From an uncultured Planctomycetia bacterium (GTDB lineage Bacteria > Omnitrophota > Gorgyraeia > Duberdicusellales > 4484-171), in the NCBI GenBank assembly GCA_964536865.1, contig CAZHYN010000002.1:608-64607 (forward strand): a stretch of DNA of 64,000 nt, written 5' to 3'. Each line of letters starts with the position of its first letter. Position 1 is the first letter of the stretch. Shown here in pieces: positions 8,470 through 14,859 of the stretch. A program made the position numbers and the translations under genes. Below the pieces are notes generated by a model. The model saw only the letters and a list, made by a program, of their open reading frames with translations. It was not told the origin of the DNA and ran no database searches.

Positions 8470-9147
8470 TTATCGGCCTCTACCTCTACCTCCAACGGGC
8501 ACCCCTTTAGATCTCCCCACACCTTCTGGCTTGCCAACTCCTTCAGGCTTACCTATACCTTCTGGTTTGCCTATGCCTTCAGGTATACCGATTCCTTTTG
8601 GTATTCCTATTCCTTCTAGCTTGCCAGTAGGGAGTTCACCTCTTTGAATTTTTCTCAAGATACCTAAGGCAGTATTTCTTCCTGTCTTGGATACTTCTAT
8701 TGCATGTCTAATAGCAGACCGTGCTTCTTTGGGGACTTTACCCACAAGATCGCTTAAGACTTCAATATGTTTCTTAGTAGACCTCTCAACTGCTTCTAAG
8801 GCTTCACTTACATCATATCCCTGCGCTTGAGCTTTGTTAATCTGTTCCATTGCTCCATTAATATACTTTTCATAGTCTTTTAAGAGATCATTTACAAACT
8901 CAGGCTTGCCTTTAGAAATCATCGCTTTTACTTCCTTTAATCTTTCTTTGGCGTACTTTGTGTAAAGGTTAGCCTTCTCTAATGGATCAAGTGCAGCCTT
9001 TAATTTTGCTGCCTCCATTTGCCGTTTTGCTTGATAGAGTGGATCATCAGGCAATGTCTCTGGCTCATTTTGAGCAAAGGCTATGCTTGCCAAGAATACA
9101 CATATAAGTGTCAATAGCCACATTCTAACGCTTCGCATTTTCCACAC
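8470..9147 (-). CDS. secreted alpha-helical protein with a C-terminal tandem hexapeptide (G-I/V-G-K/I-P-E) repeat tail
   Basis: 225 aa with a signal peptide (MWKMRSVRMWLLTLICVFLASIAFA) and a helical charged body. The C-terminus reads GIGIPKGIGIPEGIGKPEGIGKPEGVGKPEGVG..GRGRGR. Confidence 0.55.
   Translation of the reverse strand: MWKMRSVRMWLLTLICVFLASIAFAQNEPETLPDDPLYQAKRQMEAAKLKAALDPLEKANLYTKYAKERLKEVKAMISKGKPEFVNDLLKDYEKYINGAMEQINKAQAQGYDVSEALEAVERSTKKHIEVLSDLVGKVPKEARSAIRHAIEVSKTGRNTALGILRKIQRGELPTGKLEGIGIPKGIGIPEGIGKPEGIGKPEGVGKPEGVGRSKGVPVGGRGRGR
8521..8634. repeat. tandem approximately 18-bp repeats (about 6 units) that encode the hexapeptide repeats of the 8470..9147 CDS
   Basis: The plus strand reads ACCTTCTGGCTTGCCAAC / TCCTTCAGGCTTACCTAT / ACCTTCTGGTTTGCCTAT / GCCTTCAGGTATACCGAT / TCCTTTTGGTATTCCTAT / TCCTTCTAGCTTGCCAGT. 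Confidence 0.7.
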
Positions 9148-9348
9148 CTCCTTTGTTAAAATTTGTTATTAAAATTGTTCTGTCTTGTATCTGGAGCTAC
9201 TATAACCCTTTTTGTTTTTTTCTTCATCACCTCCTTTCTCCTTATCTTTAAGCAAAATATATACCAAAATAATGTATCTATCCTTTCTTCCATATATTTA
9301 AACCACTCAAATAATGAAAAGTTTCGGATACCTTATTTTTTACACATA

Positions 9349-9564
9349 TTAATCTTTTATTAGCTCATCTAAGGAAACCCCTAAGGCTTTCGCAATATTG
9401 GCAATTGTTTGGATCGAGGGATTAAGCGTGTAGCCTGATTCAATTTTTAGATATGTACTATAAGGAATATTTGCCTTTCTGGCTAACTGATCTTGGGATA
9501 ATCCTAATTTCTTCCGATATTTTTTGATATTTTTTGCTATAGTTTTGCTTGACATCATATCCAT
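9349..9564 (-). CDS. XRE-family (Cro/CI-type) helix-turn-helix transcriptional regulator
   Basis: The 71-aa product contains LGLSQDQLARKANIPYSTYLKIESG, the classic HTH_3 motif. It is divergent from the recombinase gene across a 44-bp gap. Confidence 0.75.
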   Translation of the reverse strand: MDMMSSKTIAKNIKKYRKKLGLSQDQLARKANIPYSTYLKIESGYTLNPSIQTIANIAKALGVSLDELIKD

Positions 9565-9608
9565 TTTTGGCTATCCTTTTATGGTAAATATATTTTAACT
9601 ATCCAATT

Positions 9609-11192
9609 ATGGATTTTAACAAAGAGGAGGCTAAAATGCAAGAAAAATTAAGATGTGCAATTTATACAAGGGTAAGTACGGATAATCAAGCAGAAGTTGA
9701 GTTTAACTCTTGTGAGGCTCAAGAAGAAAAGATAAGAGCATTTATTAAAAGTCAAGAAAATATGATAATTTATAAAGTTTACTCTGATGCTGGGTCCACA
9801 GGAGTAAATCTTAATAGACCTGCTTTACAGAAATTACTTGAGGATATAAAACAAGGCAACATTAACATTGTTTTGGTTTACAAAATTGACAGACTTACCC
9901 GTTCTCCTAAAGATTTCTACTACTTAATGGAGATTTTTGAGAAATACAAAGTTGATTTTATCTCAATCACAGAAAGATTTGATACCTCTACTCCAGCAGG
10001 AAGACTTTTAAGAAACATAATGCTTACCTTTGCTCAGTTTGAAAGAGAGTTAGCAAGTGAGAGAACAAAAGATAAGATGCTTCAGAGAGCAGAAAAAGGG
10101 TTATGGAATGGCGGTATTTCTCCATTTGGATACAAGACATTAAATAAGAAACTTGTTCCTCATGAGCAGGAAGCTAAAGTTGTTAAGTTAATATTTGAAA
10201 CTTATGTTGATACTGGGTCTATAGCAGAGGTTTATAACACCCTGAAAGAGAAAAATATTTTAAATAGGCATGGCAAAGTTTTTACCAAATCAAGTATTAA
10301 AAATATCCTCTCTAATCCTGTCTATATCGGGAAGTTAAAATATGCTGGGAAAATTTATAATGGACTACATCAGCCTATAATTAGTGAACTTCTCTTCAAC
10401 GAAGCTCAGGAACTGCACAAAAAGAAAATCAGGGAAATGAAACTCTTTAGAAATTATCTTTTTGCAGGTTTAATCACTTGTGAGGAATGCAGATCAAAAA
10501 TGACGCCAACCTATACAAACAAAAAAGCAAAAAGAGGAAGAAAGAGATATTTTTATTATAGATGCACCTCTACCCTAAAAAGAGACTGGCAGGTATGCAC
10601 TACAAAACAGGTAAACGCTGATAGGCTGGAAAGATTTGTTTTAGAAAATTTAGAAAGAGTATCAAAAGATGAGCCTTATATTGAAAATCTTTGTTTTAAA
10701 CTTAACCACAATCCAGATGAGTTAGTTCGAAATTCTCTTATAAAAAATAAGGTATCGGGCGACCGGGCTGGATTCGAACTAAGCAGGGAGCAATTGAAAA
10801 TTGAGCCTAAAGGTTTAATTTTCCAACTTAAAACCTTCCTTAACACTCTCTCCTCCCTCTCCCGAGCCGAGCAGGTTCTTTTAATAAAAGAAAAAATTGA
10901 CTCAATAAAATATTCCAAAAAAAGAATCAGGGTAAACTTCAAATATTCCTTAAAAATCAACAACTTAAACCCCTCTCAACAAGGTTCTGGTCAGGTGGGG
11001 GTGGGTGGTGGGAGTTTAGAGAAAGAAAATCAAAATATCCCTTCCTTTTATTCTTCCGATTTAGTTCGAAAAGAAATAATGGCTCCCCGGGCAGGGCTCG
11101 AACCTGCGACCCGCTGGTTACACCTAATCCCTGAGTTTCCCCAGAGGGTGGACTATCTCTTCACCATATTCCGACGTAATGTCGGAACTTAG
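9609..11192 (+). CDS. large serine recombinase (resolvase domain, recombinase domain, zinc ribbon and coiled-coil); integrase-type
   Basis: The N-terminal catalytic motif is AIYTRVSTDNQ, followed by DRLTRS and the recombinase-domain motifs GISPFGY, NPVYIG and HQPIIS. A Cys cluster CEECRSK..YYYRCTS..C is present. The last roughly 37 codons are antisense to the tRNA and intron, so the true C-terminus may lie a little upstream. Confidence 0.8.
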   Translation: MDFNKEEAKMQEKLRCAIYTRVSTDNQAEVEFNSCEAQEEKIRAFIKSQENMIIYKVYSDAGSTGVNLNRPALQKLLEDIKQGNINIVLVYKIDRLTRSPKDFYYLMEIFEKYKVDFISITERFDTSTPAGRLLRNIMLTFAQFERELASERTKDKMLQRAEKGLWNGGISPFGYKTLNKKLVPHEQEAKVVKLIFETYVDTGSIAEVYNTLKEKNILNRHGKVFTKSSIKNILSNPVYIGKLKYAGKIYNGLHQPIISELLFNEAQELHKKKIREMKLFRNYLFAGLITCEECRSKMTPTYTNKKAKRGRKRYFYYRCTSTLKRDWQVCTTKQVNADRLERFVLENLERVSKDEPYIENLCFKLNHNPDELVRNSLIKNKVSGDRAGFELSREQLKIEPKGLIFQLKTFLNTLSSLSRAEQVLLIKEKIDSIKYSKKRIRVNFKYSLKINNLNPSQQGSGQVGVGGGSLEKENQNIPSFYSSDLVRKEIMAPRAGLEPATRWLHLIPEFPQRVDYLFTIFRRNVGT

Positions 11193-11415
11193 GTGCCGGG
11201 CGCTTCCCCCGATATAACATCGGGGTACTCCCTTTTCGGGATAGTCTCTGCACCTTCCCCGACGTTCCGTCGGGGCTTGGCTCAGGGTTACCATCCCTGA
11301 ACTACAAGAAGTTCAGAGTACAGGCTTCCCTGAATTCACCCGGTTTTTCATCCCGATGTTTCCATCGGGAGCTGCTCTTCACAGCCAGCTGCTCTACCTG
11401 CTGAGCTACCGGGGA
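11080..11415 (-). tRNA. tRNA-Asn(GUU) interrupted by a 260-nt group I intron (exons 11381..11415 and 11080..11120)
   Basis: The exons join to a canonical 76-nt tRNA. The acceptor stem is TCCCCGG/CCGGGGA and the D-arm is GCTC-AGCAGGTA-GAGC. The anticodon stem is GCTGG/CCAGC with loop CU-GUU-AA. The T-arm is GCAGG-TTCGAGC-CCTGC, the discriminator is G and CCA is encoded. The intron lies between positions 35 and 36, after a U as group I splicing requires. Confidence 0.75.
11121..11380 (-). ncRNA. group I self-splicing intron within the tRNA-Asn anticodon loop
   Basis: The P7 core elements are R = CAGAGACUA (plus coordinates 11242-11250) and S = AAGAGAUAGUCC (11150-11161). P1 forms from the exon GGCUGU and the IGS GCAGCU with a U-G at the splice site and loop GAAGA. 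The intron ends in omega-G (complement of 11121). Several GC-rich peripheral hairpins are present. There is no internal ORF. Confidence 0.7.
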
Positions 11416-11652
11416 AGTTATTTTATCTAAGAACTTTCTTCCCTGACCTGATTTAAGAAAACGTTCTCTTTGTCTAGCTTCTTTCACACAAACAAACTCT
11501 TCATAATACACTAAATCAAATGGACCATTCTGCCTAGTCCACTGATTGGAACCTGAATTATGCTCTTTTAGACGCACTTCAACTCTTTTCGAAGTACAAC
11601 CTATATACCTCTTACCATTACGTCTACTTTTTAATACATAAACTATAGCCAT
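11302..11652 (-). CDS. GIY-YIG nuclease superfamily protein (small, YhbQ/Slx1-like catalytic domain only); the ORF reads through into the tRNA
   Basis: The N-terminal 75 aa (MAIVYVLKSRRNGKRYIGCTSKRVEVRLKEHNSG...) carry the GIY-YIG motifs (VYVL..GKRYIG, R..EH, E). The last roughly 38 codons (11302-11415) coincide with the tRNA 5' exon and intron start, so the effective protein is probably about 75-80 aa (11428..11652). Confidence 0.65.
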   Translation of the reverse strand: MAIVYVLKSRRNGKRYIGCTSKRVEVRLKEHNSGSNQWTRQNGPFDLVYYEEFVCVKEARQRERFLKSGQGRKFLDKITSPVAQQVEQLAVKSSSRWKHRDEKPGEFREACTLNFL

Positions 11653-11664
11653 CTTTCTATCTTA

Positions 11665-11790
11665 TTACAGCCCTCGCCTGAGGCGAGTTCGCCTTCGGCG
11701 AAAGCTGCTCCCTGTCTACCAGCAGGTAGGTACCTGCTTAAGCTTCCGCCTGAGGCGGATCAGCCTCTGGCTGAACCGGGGAATAAGTTA
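11665..11790. repeat. cluster of four GC-rich hairpins, with a 9-mer shared with the tRNA 5' end
   Basis: The hairpins are CTCGCCTGAGGCGAG (11673-11687), TTCGCCTTCGGCGAA (11688-11702, UUCG loop), AGCAGGTAGGTACCTGCT (11721-11738) and CCGCCTGAGGCGG (11746-11758). ACCGGGGAA..GTTA at 11775-11790 echoes the tRNA 5' end at 11407-11420. Confidence 0.4.
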
Positions 11791-12368
11791 ATTTACAAAG
11801 AGCTCATCTCTTCCAATTTTGCATACTCATTATACAACCATTGTTCTAATTTATCAACTATATTGTTACTTATCAGAAAGTAGTTATCTTTAACTTTATG
11901 AATAGCAAACGAAGCTTATTTTACCTGGACATTCCCAAAAAATAACCCTGAATTTCTCTAACGCGCTATAATCCAGTGAGTTAAGAAAATTAAAATCTGA
12001 TTAGCTGCAAAGGTGAAATTTTAGGTTAAACCCGGATTTTGCATTAGCAAAATCCGCCCCAAGGGCAGCCCTTTATTCTTCATAAGAAGAAATTCATTCG
12101 TAGAAATAAAGAGCTGGGTTAACCCAGCCCTTTCAAAAGAAAGGGCTTCTCCTTTTTAGACAAATTTTTCCCCGCCTGCTAAAAGTATATGTAAGTATCG
12201 GCGGGCAGGTAATGAAAAATTTGGGTTAAAAAATGAGCAAAGACTTCCCCAAAATTTTGGAAATCTAATGTTTTCAATGCTCTTTTAAGGTGAGAAATCC
12301 CGTTGTAAATTATCCATTTCATAGACAGGAAAACTCCAGGTTTTACAAATTGAAAGTTTATCAATAAG

Positions 12369-13145
12369 ATGGTATATTTATTTGATATGATAAAGATAGG
12401 TGACTTAGTGCTTCTTTATAAAGATGAAAAAAGGAACTACTTACTTAAAGTAGAAAGTAAAAAATTCCATACCGACAAAGGAATAATCGAATTAGAAAAA
12501 CTTGTAGGAAAAACCTACGGAGATAGTGTAGAAACAAATTTAAGAGAAAGATTTTTTGTCTTGAAACCTACTCTCTACGAACTAACGATGAAGGTGAAAC
12601 GTAAAACGCAAATCATTTACCCTAAAGACTTAGGAATAATTCTTACTAAAGCTACACTCTTTCCTGGAGCAAAAGTTATAGAGGTCGGCACAGGAAGCGG
12701 ATCTCTAACTACTGCCTTAGCAAATTTTGTAAGACCTAATGGTAAGGTATACAGCTATGAAAAAAATAAAGAATTTTTAGATAACGCTAAAGCCAACTTA
12801 GAAAAGAATGGATTATCTTCCTGGGTAGAATTTAAACACCGAGAAGTGATAGATGAATTTGAAGAAAAAAATGTGGATTTTATAATGATTGACACTGGTA
12901 GCCCTTGGGAGTTGATTGGGGCTGCCTATAAATCTTTAAAAAGCGGTCACCGGCTAGCTACTATCTGTCCTACTTTTGAACAGGTTACCCAGACAGTATT
13001 TACTTTAGAAAAAAAAGGATTCATACATATAGAAACTATGGAAGTACTTCTAAGGAGAATTTTGGTAAGAAGAGGCAAGACCCGTCCTGAACAAAAAATT
13101 CCTTCCCATACTGGATTTTTAATCTTTGCCTCCAAAATTCATTAA
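12369..13145 (+). CDS. trmI: tRNA (adenine-N1)-methyltransferase TrmI (Gcd14 family)
   Basis: 258 aa with a SAM-binding motif (VIEVGTGSGSLT). It has the N-terminal beta-domain and C-terminal methyltransferase architecture of TrmI. Confidence 0.75.
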   Translation: MVYLFDMIKIGDLVLLYKDEKRNYLLKVESKKFHTDKGIIELEKLVGKTYGDSVETNLRERFFVLKPTLYELTMKVKRKTQIIYPKDLGIILTKATLFPGAKVIEVGTGSGSLTTALANFVRPNGKVYSYEKNKEFLDNAKANLEKNGLSSWVEFKHREVIDEFEEKNVDFIMIDTGSPWELIGAAYKSLKSGHRLATICPTFEQVTQTVFTLEKKGFIHIETMEVLLRRILVRRGKTRPEQKIPSHTGFLIFASKIH

Positions 13146-13217
13146 TGAATTAAAAATCTATAGGAAAAAAGAGAAGATAGTAGCTCTTCATAGTTAAGGC
13201 TCAACAAAAAACCCTCT

Positions 13218-14072
13218 TTAAGCGTTGCCTTCATAGGTTAAGGTATAGGTGTGGGCTAAATAAGAACTTCTCACATAAGGGGAACTTAAAACTTTCTTAA
13301 AACCCATTTTTAAAGCTACTCTTTCCCAGTAAAAAAACTTCTGGATAGGAACATACTCTTTAAGAGTCCAACTATCTCTAGAAGGAGGTAGGTATTGACC
13401 AATACTTAGAAAGTCACATTTTGCCTCTCTTAGGTCTTTTAAAGTCTTTTCTACCTCCTCATCCTTTTCTCCTAATCCTAACATAATTCCTGACTTAGTA
13501 AAAATTCTCTTATCAAAATCTTTTATAAATCTTAATACTCTTAGAGAACGAGTATAATCAGCTTTACTTCTTAAATAAGGATAAAGAGAAGCAACAGTCT
13601 CGATATTATGAGAAACTACATCAGGATATGCTTTTAATACCTCTTCCAGCGAAGATAGATTACCACCAAAGTCAGGAATAAGCACCTCCACTTTTAAAGA
13701 AGGAATGGTCTTTAGCTCCTTCACAGTAAGATAAAAAAGAGTAGCTCCTCCGTCGGGTAGATCATCCCGAGTAGGAGAGGTAATTACCACATAGCTTAGC
13801 TTTAACTTCTCTACGGCTGTCTTTACTAACTCGGGCTCTTTAAAATTAACTTTTTTAGGAATCCCTTTAGTAATAGCACAGAATCTACAGTTACGGGTGC
13901 AAATGTTTCCTAAAATCATAAACGTTGCTACACCTTTAGAAAAACATTCAGATATATTGGGACAACGAGCCTCTTGGCAAACCGTATAGAGACCTAAATC
14001 CTTAAATAGGATCTTTAAATTCCTGCATAGGGATAAATTAACTTTTTTATTTAACCAAGGAGGTTTTTTCAT
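13218..14072 (-). CDS. lipA: lipoyl synthase
   Basis: Radical-SAM CTRNCRFC motif plus the auxiliary cluster cysteines (CQEARCPNISEC). 284 aa. Confidence 0.9.
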   Translation of the reverse strand: MKKPPWLNKKVNLSLCRNLKILFKDLGLYTVCQEARCPNISECFSKGVATFMILGNICTRNCRFCAITKGIPKKVNFKEPELVKTAVEKLKLSYVVITSPTRDDLPDGGATLFYLTVKELKTIPSLKVEVLIPDFGGNLSSLEEVLKAYPDVVSHNIETVASLYPYLRSKADYTRSLRVLRFIKDFDKRIFTKSGIMLGLGEKDEEVEKTLKDLREAKCDFLSIGQYLPPSRDSWTLKEYVPIQKFFYWERVALKMGFKKVLSSPYVRSSYLAHTYTLTYEGNA

Positions 14073-14859
14073 TCCTATTAAAATTCCAGCTTTCGCAAGT
14101 ATACTTAAGGTTAAGGAGAGCCTCTACTTCCTCTTCCTCTTGAGTACTTAGCTTGTCTCGATAAAGAGTTATCTTGAAGGTATTCTTAAATGAGGAAATT
14201 AACTTCTCTCTCAACTCAAAAATATTTAAATGATGGAGAAAATAACTTAATCCTTGTGTCTTTTCCTGGATATCCTGTGGGATATTTTTAAATAACCTTT
14301 TAATTAAAGGAAAGTTTACCTTTAAAGGGATGCTGCCATGTTGAAAGATAAGGTTTTTTCTTCTCTTCTGGGCATTGCCCCCTATTTTTTTCCCTTTAAT
14401 CACTATATCAAAATACTCCCAGGAAGAAAAACAAAAATTATCAAACTTTTTTGTGGGCGAAGATACCTGGTAAGCAAAAGAAGGCTTAAGTCCTATACTT
14501 CGATAAAATTCCACTATAAAGGAAGTAAGAATGGAGTAAGATTGTTTAACAGAAAAAGGAAGAGATAAATCCTCTCTACTTAAAATTAAGCTATAGGTTA
14601 TCTCTTGATGATGAAGAATTGCTCCTCCTCCTGTTAGTCTTCTTACCACAGGAATATTTTCTTCCTCTATCTCTCTTAAATTTAATACCTCCTCTGCTTT
14701 TTGAAAGTAACCCAAGCTAACGGAAGGTTGGGACCAACCATAGATTCTTAAAGTAGGAAGTCTTTTTTGGGAATAGAGATTAAGGAGAGCTTCATCGCAA
14801 GCCATATTATAGTAACCGGAAAGGTTACCATCTAGAATTACTCGCCAGATTCTTCCCAT
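14047..14859 (-). CDS. lipoate-protein ligase / octanoyltransferase (LplA/LipM family, BPL_LplA_LipB catalytic domain)
   Basis: It has the motifs RRLTGGGAILH and the lysine-containing block GKKIGGNAQKR. It sits between lipA and the gcv genes. Confidence 0.7.
   Translation of the reverse strand: MGRIWRVILDGNLSGYYNMACDEALLNLYSQKRLPTLRIYGWSQPSVSLGYFQKAEEVLNLREIEEENIPVVRRLTGGGAILHHQEITYSLILSREDLSLPFSVKQSYSILTSFIVEFYRSIGLKPSFAYQVSSPTKKFDNFCFSSWEYFDIVIKGKKIGGNAQKRRKNLIFQHGSIPLKVNFPLIKRLFKNIPQDIQEKTQGLSYFLHHLNIFELREKLISSFKNTFKITLYRDKLSTQEEEEVEALLNLKYTCESWNFNRNEKTSLVK

Noticed and set aside
8521-8634. CRISPR-like array
   Set aside because: The repeats are contiguous 18-bp units without spacers and lie inside a coding sequence. 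No other regularly spaced repeats are present in the window.
8459-8647. Plus-strand 62-aa proline-rich ORF (PTPSGLPTPSGLPIPSGLP...)
   Set aside because: It is the antisense reading of the 18-bp tandem repeats. The minus-strand ORF is 225 aa with a signal peptide and a long non-repetitive body, so it is the likelier coding strand.
10755-10800. T-loop-like GGATTCGAAC motif inside the recombinase gene
   Set aside because: No flanking acceptor, D or anticodon stems can be drawn. It encodes GFELS in the recombinase coiled-coil region and is a chance match.
11653-11800. Possible SRP (4.5S) RNA because of GGAAG...AAGCAG-like motifs
   Set aside because: The region folds as four separate short hairpins rather than one long helix-8-type hairpin. 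The conserved AGG..GGAA..AGCAGC asymmetric-loop arrangement is not present.
12179-12364. 61-aa minus-strand ORF upstream of trmI
   Set aside because: No motifs and an atypical composition. It overlaps the hairpin-rich non-coding stretch and the likely trmI promoter.
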